NCBI GenBank assembly: GCA_046727935.1
Contig: JBKPDP010000052.1
Span: 6,174-70,173, forward strand
Origin: Verrucomicrobiota bacterium
GTDB lineage: Bacteria > Verrucomicrobiota > Verrucomicrobiia > Chthoniobacterales > UBA10450
DNA: 64,000 bases
Direction: 5' to 3'
In this document: positions 48,293-56,658 of the stretch, piece by piece
Layout of the letters: each line of letters begins with the position of its first letter
How positions within the stretch are numbered: the first letter of the stretch is position 1
Made by a program: the position numbers and the translations under genes
Notes under the pieces: model-generated
Databases searched by the model: none
What the model saw: the letters and a program-made list of their open reading frames with translations, nothing else
Told to the model about the DNA's origin: nothing

Positions 48293-50973
48293 GTCGAGCA
48301 GACGGGATGCGCGCCCGCCTTGGGCAGATTATGGCACGGCAGGCGAACGCGACACAACCAGGGCTGGATACCCCTCATATTCCAGACCTCGAATTACTGC
48401 GTTGTATCGGCCATGGCAGCTATGGCGAGGTGTGGCTGGCGCGAAACATCCTAGCCAGTTACCGGGCGGTTAAGATCGTTAATCGAAAAGCATTTCGTGA
48501 CGAACAGACGTTTGAGAGAGAATTTTTGGGTCTCCAGCGGTTCGAACCCGTATCGCGAGAGCACGATGGTTTTGTGGCAATCCTGCACGTGGGCCGCAAT
48601 CGCGCGGACGGTTTTTTCTACTATGTCATGGAACTGGCCGACGATGATTCGAACGGCGACCAGATTAACCCTGACAAGTACGTCCCGAAAACATTAAGCA
48701 GAGAGCTGGCCCGGTGCGGACGGCTGGCGGTCAAGCACTCCGCGCAATTGGGCTGGTCGCTGAGCGAAGCGCTAGCGGAGCTGCACCGTCGCGGGTTAGT
48801 GCATCGCGACATCAAGCCATCGAACATCATCTTCGTCAAAGGCCACTCCAAACTGGCGGACATTGGGCTGGTAGCGAAGGCTGGCGAAAAGGCGCGTCTT
48901 GGCACAGAGGGTTACATTCCGCCTGAGGGTCCTGGGGCGCCTCAAGCCGATCTCTACAGTCTGGGCAAGGTTCTTTACGAAGCGAGCACCGGCACGGATC
49001 GACTCGACTATCCGAATTTGCCACGGAACCTCGACACAATGGCCGAGCGCGAGGCGTTTCTTAAGCTCAACTCCATCATTCTGAAGGCGTGCGACAATGA
49101 TGTTCGCAAACGCTACCAGACGGCCACGGAGATTAGCGAAGACCTGACGCGGCTGGGCGTTGGGGGACCTGTTCAGACGGTTCGGAGCAAGTTTCTGCGC
49201 AATCCGGTCACCGTCTTCACTGCAGTGTTGCTCGGTGCTTTGGCTTTGGCGTTCCCGTTCTACTGGCTCCGAAATCCGGCAACCAGCTTAATTCCTGAGA
49301 AGAGCGTCGCCGTTTTGCCCTTCGACAATCTCAGCGACGAAAAACAAAACGCCTATTTCGCCGCCGGCGTTCAAGATGAAATTCTGTCGAACCTTGCCAG
49401 AATCGCCGAGCTCAAGGTGATCAGTCGCACTTCCGCGAACCTTTATAAGAGCGGGAAGCCGCGTAACTCGCGTGAGATTGGGCAACAACTCGGCGTTGCT
49501 CATCTTTTGGAAGGCAGCGTCCAGCGAATCGGAAATCGGCTCCGAGTCAACGCTCAACTGATCGACACGCGGAACGACACGCATACATGGGCGCAAACCT
49601 ACGATCGGGATGTGTCGGACCTCTTTGCAATCCAAAGCGAAATCGCGCAGACGATCGCCGGCCAGCTGTACGCGAAAATCTCACCGGCGGAAAAACTGGC
49701 CATCGAGCGACCCCCGACTGCCGATCTTACTGCGTTCGATCTCTACACGCGCGCAAAAGATCTTTCACTACGGTCGCCCTTTACCAGTCGTGGAAAAAAG
49801 GATCTGCTGCGCGCGGCTGATCTGTTGAACCAGGCGGTCGCGCGAGACCCGGCGTTTTTTCAGGCGTATTGCCAGCTCACCTTCACTCATGACTACCTTT
49901 ACTTCTTTGATCACGACCGGACGCCGGCGCGCCTGGCGCTAGCAGAGGCGGCTATTCAGGCGGCTTTTCGCCTTCGGCCCGACGCAGGTGAGGCACACCT
50001 TGCACGCGCGGAGCATCTTTATCGAGGATACCTCGACTATGATGGAGCGTTGGCTGAACTGGAAATTGCTCGTCAAACTTTACCCAATGATGCGCGCATA
50101 TCCCAACTGACGGGTTCCATCCAGCGTCGTCGAGGACGTTGGGAAGAGTCGATACGTAACTTGGAGCGTGCAGTCGAGCTGGATCCCCGCAACATTCATA
50201 CGCTACAGCAGATTGCAGACAGCTACGGATTTCTTCGGCGCTATGCCGAAGCAAAATCAGTGTATGATCGCGCGCTGGCCATCGCGCCCGACGATGTCGA
50301 GACAAGAGTAGGACGTGCGGATAGGGAACTGGATTGGAAAGCTGATACCACGCCGTTGCATCAATTGGTCGATTCAGTTCGGGCTACCAGTCCCGCCGCT
50401 ATCTCGGATATCGCCGATAGCTGGTTCATTTGCGCGCTAGCCGAGCGCGATGCGGCTGCTGCAAAGGAGGCCTTGATGGCCTCAGGCCAAAACACCTCAC
50501 CTAACAACGAGGCTGTTCAGTTCAATCGCCCCTTTGTGGAAGGCATTATCGCTCGTATGACGAAGGATGACGACAAAGCGCGATCCGCTTTCACAGCCGC
50601 TCGCGCGGAACAGGAGAAAATCGTCCAAGCCCAGCCGAACTACGGACCGCCGATGGTCGTGCTCGGTTTGATCGACGCCGCTCTTGGACGGAAAGAAGAA
50701 GCGCTGCGCGAAGGTCGCCGCGCGGTCGAGCTTCTTCCGGTGGAGAAAGATGCGATCAATGGTCCGCTCATGATCGAAGACTTGGCGATCATCGCTGCTT
50801 GGTTGGGTGACAGAGATCTCGCCTGCGAACAGCTTGGCGTCGCTATTCGCTACCCGGGCCATTTGAGCTATGGCGAGCTAAAACTCTTGCCCTTTTGGGA
50901 TCCGCTGCGCCGCGATCCGCGTTTCGAACAAATCGTCGCCTCTCTCGCGCCTAAGGGAATTAACCACGAATGA
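48262..50973 (+). CDS. Transmembrane Ser/Thr protein kinase with an extracytoplasmic domain and TPR repeats
   Basis: Kinase motifs are IGHGSYGEVW, AVKIV, HRDIKPSNIIF, LADIGL and GTEGYIPPE. One TM helix is present (VTVFTAVLLGALALAFPFYWL). A domain starting SVAVLPFDNLSDEKQNAYFAAGVQDEILSNL follows, then TPR-like repeats. The start was set at the ATG at 48262, which has a GAGGAG 5 nt upstream. The ATG at 48307 is an alternative. Confidence 0.9.
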   Translation: MGLGESDGSLGRADGMRARLGQIMARQANATQPGLDTPHIPDLELLRCIGHGSYGEVWLARNILASYRAVKIVNRKAFRDEQTFEREFLGLQRFEPVSREHDGFVAILHVGRNRADGFFYYVMELADDDSNGDQINPDKYVPKTLSRELARCGRLAVKHSAQLGWSLSEALAELHRRGLVHRDIKPSNIIFVKGHSKLADIGLVAKAGEKARLGTEGYIPPEGPGAPQADLYSLGKVLYEASTGTDRLDYPNLPRNLDTMAEREAFLKLNSIILKACDNDVRKRYQTATEISEDLTRLGVGGPVQTVRSKFLRNPVTVFTAVLLGALALAFPFYWLRNPATSLIPEKSVAVLPFDNLSDEKQNAYFAAGVQDEILSNLARIAELKVISRTSANLYKSGKPRNSREIGQQLGVAHLLEGSVQRIGNRLRVNAQLIDTRNDTHTWAQTYDRDVSDLFAIQSEIAQTIAGQLYAKISPAEKLAIERPPTADLTAFDLYTRAKDLSLRSPFTSRGKKDLLRAADLLNQAVARDPAFFQAYCQLTFTHDYLYFFDHDRTPARLALAEAAIQAAFRLRPDAGEAHLARAEHLYRGYLDYDGALAELEIARQTLPNDARISQLTGSIQRRRGRWEESIRNLERAVELDPRNIHTLQQIADSYGFLRRYAEAKSVYDRALAIAPDDVETRVGRADRELDWKADTTPLHQLVDSVRATSPAAISDIADSWFICALAERDAAAAKEALMASGQNTSPNNEAVQFNRPFVEGIIARMTKDDDKARSAFTAARAEQEKIVQAQPNYGPPMVVLGLIDAALGRKEEALREGRRAVELLPVEKDAINGPLMIEDLAIIAAWLGDRDLACEQLGVAIRYPGHLSYGELKLLPFWDPLRRDPRFEQIVASLAPKGINHE

Positions 50974-51022
50974 ACACTAATGTACACTAATCCGTGTTTT
51001 GAATTCTTGTCCATTAGTGGTT
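50962..51022. repeat. Family C repeat forming a hairpin (AACCACGAATGAACACTAATG ... CCATTAGTGGTT)
   Basis: It begins inside the last codons and stop of the kinase gene and ends 5 nt before the convergent sulfotransferase stop. Confidence 0.55.
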
Positions 51023-51027
51023 AGGAC

Positions 51028-51717
51028 TCAAAAACGGTAGCCGTGCAGTTCGATCTCTTTTGCGAATGCTTTTTCGACGATTCGCCGTTGGTCATCGTTG
51101 AATACTTGCTGGTATGGTGTGCGATCGGTCCGGTATTCCGATTTTGCTGCGACGCCAAGCGTTCCCTTGAAAGGAATGTTTAATTGTGAGAATACCTCGC
51201 CAAGCTCGGCTGTCAGGTTCTCATAGCGGAGAATACGATCCACGATGACTTTTGTGCCGGCGCAATCAGTGTACCGGAAATAGTTAATGGGGAACCGGCC
51301 GCGGGCTAGGTACTCATTCAGTGAAAGTGACTCGCCTTCGCGAGCAGCATGCATGTGATAATGTGACAAAACTTTGTCCCAGGGGTTTCGTTCCACGCAA
51401 AACTTGAAATAGCTGTTCCAAACTTCGGCAGGAACACGCTTTTGCACCTCAGATGCCGGCATGTGACGGTAAAATTTCTCGCGACTGGTAATTGAATGTC
51501 GCAATGCGGAAAAGAATGTCCGTGGTCTCTCAAGAATTTCAGGGATCGGGTTAATGAACCCCTCGTAATTGCGCGGCTGATGTCCTCCGACCGCCGGCTC
51601 GATTGGGGTCACGACATCAGTGGGGCCGCAGTGTCTTGAAAGAAAGACTTCAATACTCGTGCCAGCGGTCTTTGCCGTCTTAATGAAAATGAATTTGTAT
51701 TTGTGCGACAGGATCAT
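51028..51717 (-). CDS. Sulfotransferase (family-2-type, PAPS-dependent), copy 1
   Basis: 229 aa with the 5'-PSB loop FIKTAKTAGTS and the 3'-PB motif VERNPWDKVLSHY. Confidence 0.85.
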   Translation of the reverse strand: MILSHKYKFIFIKTAKTAGTSIEVFLSRHCGPTDVVTPIEPAVGGHQPRNYEGFINPIPEILERPRTFFSALRHSITSREKFYRHMPASEVQKRVPAEVWNSYFKFCVERNPWDKVLSHYHMHAAREGESLSLNEYLARGRFPINYFRYTDCAGTKVIVDRILRYENLTAELGEVFSQLNIPFKGTLGVAAKSEYRTDRTPYQQVFNDDQRRIVEKAFAKEIELHGYRF

Positions 51718-51803
51718 TGTTCCCGAGGAACCTCTCGCACGCTCGTAAGATGCTGGCCAGTGCTCGCATCACCGAGCCAGGCGTCGTAAATTAGGACTCG
51801 CGA

Positions 51804-52415
51804 ATGATCTCGTTACAAAAACGCTTTCTGTTCGTTCATATACCAAAAACCGCCGGCAACTCGATTCAGAGCGTACTGCGCGATTATTCAGAAGATGAAC
51901 TCGTTGCCCTGCGTAAGGAGCAGGATGGGGTCGAACGTTTTGGTCTGCGTAATCCGAAGTACAAGATCAAGAAGCATTCAACGCTGGCCGAGTATCGGGC
52001 CGCCCTCGGGGAAACCGAGTTTGGCAATCTCTACCGATTTACGTGTGTCCGAAATCCGTGGGACCGGATGGCCTCATATTATTTTACCCCTACGCAAAAG
52101 ACGGAAGCATGGGATAGGAAAAAATTCAGAAAGGTGATTTCAAGCGCTCTGTCGGTCGCAGATTATCTCCGGCTGGATAAAGGCGAAGGAGATCCATTCG
52201 GCAACGTCGATTACGCTATGCGCTTCGAGAATCTGGCGGACGATTTTCGCACGGTCTGCGCGGCGTTAAACATCTCGCCAACGATTCTGCCGCAGTATAA
52301 CCGCTCCAACCGCGAACATTATTCGAGGTATTACGACGAGGAGCTTCGCGAATTAGTACGCGCGCGGTTCGCCGCCGAGATCGAACGTTTTGGCTATGTT
52401 TTCGAGAAGCGATAA
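51804..52415 (+). CDS. Sulfotransferase (family-2-type), copy 2
   Basis: 203 aa with VHIPKTAGNS and CVRNPWDRMASYY. Confidence 0.85.
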   Translation: MISLQKRFLFVHIPKTAGNSIQSVLRDYSEDELVALRKEQDGVERFGLRNPKYKIKKHSTLAEYRAALGETEFGNLYRFTCVRNPWDRMASYYFTPTQKTEAWDRKKFRKVISSALSVADYLRLDKGEGDPFGNVDYAMRFENLADDFRTVCAALNISPTILPQYNRSNREHYSRYYDEELRELVRARFAAEIERFGYVFEKR

Positions 52416-52418
52416 GAA

Positions 52419-53162
52419 CTACAGTTTTCCGAGCGTCACATATTCGCCGTCCGGATGGTGGAACCATTCGGGTAACTCAATCCCTGCCGCGATCATGCTC
52501 TCGTAGCAATTTTGCGTGATCACACCCCGCCGGGTGCTTTCTCCAAACACTGCGAAATTTTCCTTCGTCACAAATAAGCGGTGCTCAGGCAATTTGGGAA
52601 TCTCGTCTTTGAGATCGTCCATAGCCTTCGCACTCGGAATATCGTCTGGCAGATGGGTAAAGAGGTATCGAAGCACCTTGGCACGCAAGATCTGGTGAAT
52701 CCATATCTGGAACCAGGCTTTTCGCTCGAAGTAAACATCGCCAAATGGATTCTTAACTTTGCGCGGGTAAAGAGTTAGTTTGGGATTATTCAGCGTCGCT
52801 CTGCATCTACAGAACAAAAGACCGTCTACTTCCGGCGATCGCATCGCGTGAGACATCAGGCTCGCGATTTTGTCGGTGATGAGTTGGATGGGGTATTTGT
52901 CATCCACACACCAATAAATCCACTCTTCATCGTCGATCTCCGTCAGCAAATGTAAGACTGTCCCGTTAATATCCGAGGGCGCCGTGAGGTACTTGACCCG
53001 TTCGGTATCCACTCCACCCAGCTCCTGATAAGGAACGTGAAAAACGAAGGGATGATCCGGCCATAACCAGTCATATTGAAAAATCATGTGCTCTGTGATC
53101 GATCGATAGCGATCACACGTGAGCACGATCGCTTTTATCTTATCCGGCAAACTCATAGCCAA
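52419..53162 (-). CDS. Hypothetical protein in an operon with sulfotransferase copy 3. A possible GT-A-like fold is speculative.
   Basis: 247 aa. No family was recognised. An N-terminal beta-strand-like segment (KAIVLTCDRY) and an acidic WIYWCVDDKYP motif are present. Its start overlaps the upstream sulfotransferase stop by about 20 nt. Confidence 0.6.
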   Translation of the reverse strand: MAMSLPDKIKAIVLTCDRYRSITEHMIFQYDWLWPDHPFVFHVPYQELGGVDTERVKYLTAPSDINGTVLHLLTEIDDEEWIYWCVDDKYPIQLITDKIASLMSHAMRSPEVDGLLFCRCRATLNNPKLTLYPRKVKNPFGDVYFERKAWFQIWIHQILRAKVLRYLFTHLPDDIPSAKAMDDLKDEIPKLPEHRLFVTKENFAVFGESTRRGVITQNCYESMIAAGIELPEWFHHPDGEYVTLGKL

Positions 53163-53784
53163 ACCGCTCTATATCGACCTTGAATTTGTTTGCGATTACG
53201 TCCTTGGTTCGCGGCGTGTAATATTCACTGTAATGCGGCGCTCGTGGATTGGCTCTTTGATGAGGCAAGTTCTCGCTTACGCCCAACTTCTTCGCGACAA
53301 AAGCCCAGTCCTGGTCGAGGTGCTCAAATTTCCCGATAAAATCGGCGAGCACATTTCCGTTGGGGTCGACAAACCAATCCAGTTGGTAACGATGCGGGGA
53401 CGAGTGGACGCAGGTGGCGCTGCTGTATTGAATCCAATCGACAAATTCGTCGAACGTCATTTTATCTCTGAGTTGTAACGCTTCGGTGCGCTCGTAAAGA
53501 GAAACGACGCGGTCCCACGGATTGCGAACGAATCCGAATTTGAAGTAGGTCTCGAATTGCTTGCGGCCGATTTCTCTCCGGCGCTCTTCCGGAAGCAACA
53601 AATACAAAGACGCAAGAATCCGGTTCTTTCTTCCGCCGTAACGCGTCCAATACGTCTCCATCTGGTTTTTGATCTGCCACAGATTCAGATGCGGTTTCCA
53701 AGCTTTGCCCAGAATCGCGCGGACACTGGTCGACCCCGTCTTGGGCACCTCAACGAAAATGCATTTATGTTTGTGAGAGATCAC
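53140..53784 (-). CDS. Sulfotransferase (family-2-type), copy 3
   Basis: It carries VEVPKTGSTS and FVRNPWDRVVSLY. The start was moved to the GTG at 53784 (VISHKHKCIF, parallel to MILSHKYKFIF of copy 1). The track start at 53829 would abut the tRNA. Confidence 0.85.
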   Translation of the reverse strand: MISHKHKCIFVEVPKTGSTSVRAILGKAWKPHLNLWQIKNQMETYWTRYGGRKNRILASLYLLLPEERRREIGRKQFETYFKFGFVRNPWDRVVSLYERTEALQLRDKMTFDEFVDWIQYSSATCVHSSPHRYQLDWFVDPNGNVLADFIGKFEHLDQDWAFVAKKLGVSENLPHQRANPRAPHYSEYYTPRTKDVIANKFKVDIERFGYEFAG

Positions 53785-53829
53785 TATCCTGCCGTGATGG
53801 AGTATGGGAGTGACGGAGCGATGTAGCAA

Positions 53830-53902
53830 TGGGTCGGCCGGGACTCGAACCCGGAACCAACGCCTTAAAAGGGCGCTGCTCTACCGATTGAGCTACCGAC
53901 CC
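53830..53902 (-). tRNA. tRNA-Lys (anticodon UUU)
   Basis: Hand-folded 73-nt cloverleaf. The acceptor stem is GGGTCGG/CCGACCC, the D stem is GCTC/GAGC, and the anticodon stem is GCGCC/GGCGT with loop CTTTTAA. The variable loop is TGGTT, and the T arm is CCGGG-TTCGAGT-CCCGG. The discriminator base is A. CCA is not encoded. Confidence 0.93.
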
Positions 53903-53945
53903 GCGCCGGAAAGGTTTTCTAATCCAGATCGCGCGCCGTCGCAAG

Positions 53946-54009
53946 ATTGTAGGGCAGGCGCCTCGCCTGCCAATGCCAGGCTCGGCAAGCGAGGCCCTTG
54001 CCCTACAAT
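53946..54009. repeat. Inverted repeat ATTGTAGGGCAGGCGCCTCGCCTGCC ... GGCAAGCGAGGCCCTTGCCCTACAAT
   Basis: The arms are near-perfect reverse complements with a 12-nt loop. It lies between the tRNA-Lys 5' side and the HAD gene, overlapping that gene's last two codons and its stop codon. Confidence 0.6.
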
Positions 54010-54692
54010 TCTAAAACCGCAAGCAGATCGCGCAGCGAATTCTTTGGTCGATCCAATCGAAAGATCGACAAACCAGCGGCGCTCGCAGCTTCCCAATCCC
54101 GTTTTGGATCATCGCCAACGTGAAGAACCTCGTTCGGTTTCAAATCGATTAGGGTCAACGCGCGCCGGAAAATTTCCGGATCAGGCTTGTCAGCCCCTAT
54201 CTCGCTGGAGATGAAAATGTGCGTAAAAAACTTCGAGATAGCGAGGTGCTGAAGAATGAGTCGCAAACGCCCATCGAAATTTGAGATTACGGCGAGCTGA
54301 AAACGGGGCCGCAATTGCTCCAAAACGCCGGGAACGTCCGGGTAAAGTTCCCAAACACCTGGTTCGGCAAAATGGTCGTAGGCGATCTCAAAAAAATTAT
54401 CGCGATCAAATTCGCTCAATGAAGGCGCGACTTGATCGAGGACAAGATCGACAAGCTCGCGCCACCAACCTTTGTCATCGTTTTCACGCGGCCCATCAAT
54501 CGCCGCGCGCGACGACATTTTCTTCCAAGCTGAGTAAAACGCGCCATCGAGGTGATGTGCATCGAGCGTAAGGCCCACCTCAGTGCCCACAAGTGCGTAG
54601 TGGCGACCGACGGTTCCGCTCAAATAAAACAGTGTTCCGACGGCGTCGAAAAAGACCGCTTTAATTGGTTTCTCTCTGTTTTTTGTCACCAT
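54003..54692 (-). CDS. HAD-superfamily hydrolase (subfamily IA-like)
   Basis: Motif I is AVFFDAVGTLF, and motif IV is in the region HVGDDPKRDWEAA. The start was moved to the ATG at 54692. Confidence 0.85.
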   Translation of the reverse strand: MVTKNREKPIKAVFFDAVGTLFYLSGTVGRHYALVGTEVGLTLDAHHLDGAFYSAWKKMSSRAAIDGPRENDDKGWWRELVDLVLDQVAPSLSEFDRDNFFEIAYDHFAEPGVWELYPDVPGVLEQLRPRFQLAVISNFDGRLRLILQHLAISKFFTHIFISSEIGADKPDPEIFRRALTLIDLKPNEVLHVGDDPKRDWEAASAAGLSIFRLDRPKNSLRDLLAVLEL

Positions 54693-54811
54693 AATCGGTA
54701 GCTCGATGGAAGGTTGTTTTGCTGCTGATTGCAACCTTTGCTGAGACATCGCCCTAGGCCGCTAATTTTCGATTGCAAAAATTGTCGCCGCGCGTTGCAT
54801 GATGCCGGGCG

Positions 54812-55474
54812 ATGGATGTTGAAGGATCACAAAGTTTGCAGAGATGGACGCAATCGGCCCGGGAGGAGCTGGCGAATAGTATCAGCCACGGGATCGGACT
54901 TGTCGGTGCGATCATCGGCGCGCCGATCTTGCTCCTGGCTGCGTTCCGCCATGGCAGCATGCTTTTTCTTATCGGCACGATCGTTTTTATCGTAACGACG
55001 TTGTTGCTCTATCTAGGGTCGATGCTCTACCACGCCTGGCCTCACTCGCCCGCCAAGTCGGTTTTGCAAATTCTGGACCACTCGGCGATTTTTTGGTTGA
55101 TCGCCGGAACATACACTCCCTTTGCACTGGGGCCGCTTCGAGGTGTTTGGGGTTGGACTATGCTCGGAATCATCTGGGCGTTGGCCGCGTTCGGCGTGTT
55201 CGTTAAGGCGACACGCGGTGCCGCGCGCCATCGGAAACTCGCGATGGCTCTTTATCTGGGGATGGGCTGGCTTGCTCTTGCTTTTATCCGACCGCTCTCG
55301 CTAGCGGTTCCGCTCTCCGCGCTGCTCTGGCTCCTCGCTGGTGGAATCGCTTACACAACAGGTGTGTTATTTTTCGTGAATGAGCGTCTGCGCTACGCTC
55401 ATTTTGTCTGGCATCTGTTCGTCCTCACCGGGACTGGTTGTCACTTTGCGGCCGTGTTAACTTGCGCGCTCTGA
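54812..55474 (+). CDS. Hemolysin III / PAQR-family membrane protein
   Basis: 220 aa with 7 TM helices and the motifs NSISHGIG, MLYHAW and LDHSAIFWLIAGTYTPF. Confidence 0.88.
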   Translation: MDVEGSQSLQRWTQSAREELANSISHGIGLVGAIIGAPILLLAAFRHGSMLFLIGTIVFIVTTLLLYLGSMLYHAWPHSPAKSVLQILDHSAIFWLIAGTYTPFALGPLRGVWGWTMLGIIWALAAFGVFVKATRGAARHRKLAMALYLGMGWLALAFIRPLSLAVPLSALLWLLAGGIAYTTGVLFFVNERLRYAHFVWHLFVLTGTGCHFAAVLTCAL

Positions 55475-55553
55475 CGGGTAAGCCGTCTCATCGCTGGCCC
55501 GGAACGCTGCGCGTACGGTTGGACAAGTTTGTCCGCGCGGCGGATTAATTGGG

Positions 55554-56654
55554 ATGCTGGCCGTCGAACATAACGATCCAATCAATGCAAAGATTCTCGC
55601 GATTTCAGAGGACAAAATCGAGGGATTCGTCCGCGAGCCATTTCAAGAAATCGCGAACCGTTCGGGCGTAAGTGTCGATGTTGTCATGGCGCGGATTGCC
55701 GCAATGCTGCGTGCGGGTACTATCCGGCGCGTCCGCCAGACTTTGCTTGCGACGAACCTGGCTGAAGGCGCCCTCGTGGCGTGGAAAGTTCCGGAGGACA
55801 AGATCGACGCAGCCTTTGACTGGATGTTTCAGCGCGATCCCTTTTCGGGACACGTCGTGTTGCGTTCCACGGACACTGTCAGCGCCGGATCGGACTACAA
55901 ACTTTGGACGACTGTAAAGGTCCCCCAGGGATTTTCATTGGAAGCGCATTGTGAATTGCTGGCGAAAAAAGTCGGCGCCGAGCGTTTTCGCCTCATGCCG
56001 GCAAAAGGAATTTTCACTCTTGGAGTGGGACATGTTCGCCGAAAGACGATTGAGCCTGGCAGTAAGGCAGATCAGCCGGCAAAAATGATTCCGGTGCAGA
56101 TTGTCGATCTTAAGGAACGCGAGTGGAATGTCTTGCTCGCCCTCAAGCGCGAATTTGCTCCGGAAGAGATCAGGCCGTCGCCGTGGGTTGCGCGTGCCAG
56201 CGAAGCCGGTGTCTCAAAAGAAGAATTCTTTCACGTGGCGGAAGAATTGAACGCGCGAAAAATCATCGGGCGCTTCTCAACCTTTCTGGAACACGTCAAG
56301 CCGTCAGTGGGTGGTGTGCGGGTCACGCGGTTTAACGCGCTGTTTCATTGGGCAGTGCTGTCCGGTGGTGAAATTGAAGCCGGAGGCGAAGTCGGGCGCC
56401 ACCATATTCTGACGCATTGCTATTGGCGCGAAGCGGGACCGGAATTCAAGAACGTCAACATCATGGCCGTGGCGCACGGTACTGATAAACAGCTACTGCT
56501 CGATCACAAAGCAGCCATTGACCGGCATCTCCACTCCAGAGGTATCCCAGTCTCGTACACAAACGTTTTCTGGGGTGGACGCAGCGAGATCATACCATCG
56601 GAAATTTCGCCGCACATTTACCGCGATTGGCTGATGCAGCAGTTAGAAAGTTGA
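55554..56654 (+). CDS. Two-module Lrp/AsnC-like protein resembling fused siroheme decarboxylase (AhbA-AhbB / NirD-NirL type)
   Basis: 366 aa. The first module has an HTH (FQEIANRSGVSVDVVMARIAAMLRAGTIRRV) followed by ALVAWKVPEDKIDAAF. The second half repeats this layout. The assignment rests on recalled family motifs only. Confidence 0.45.
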   Translation: MLAVEHNDPINAKILAISEDKIEGFVREPFQEIANRSGVSVDVVMARIAAMLRAGTIRRVRQTLLATNLAEGALVAWKVPEDKIDAAFDWMFQRDPFSGHVVLRSTDTVSAGSDYKLWTTVKVPQGFSLEAHCELLAKKVGAERFRLMPAKGIFTLGVGHVRRKTIEPGSKADQPAKMIPVQIVDLKEREWNVLLALKREFAPEEIRPSPWVARASEAGVSKEEFFHVAEELNARKIIGRFSTFLEHVKPSVGGVRVTRFNALFHWAVLSGGEIEAGGEVGRHHILTHCYWREAGPEFKNVNIMAVAHGTDKQLLLDHKAAIDRHLHSRGIPVSYTNVFWGGRSEIIPSEISPHIYRDWLMQQLES

Positions 56655-56658
56655 AAGG

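Noticed and set aside
51028-53902. A bona fide integrated genomic island at tRNA-Lys.
   Set aside because: There is no integrase or recombinase, and I found no direct repeat of the tRNA 3' end at the distal boundary (50974-51027). Only the position and a visually lower GC content support it, so it is reported as a hypothesis under findings rather than as a mobile_element feature.
54117-54142. A third TGAAAC-N16-CGTT match on the minus strand, about 215 nt upstream of tRNA-Lys.
   Set aside because: It lies inside the HAD hydrolase coding sequence (encoding LKPNEVLHVGDD). The spacer is 16 nt, not 17, and there is no conserved flanking T-rich segment. It is most likely a chance occurrence, but it is worth including in any genome-wide motif scan.
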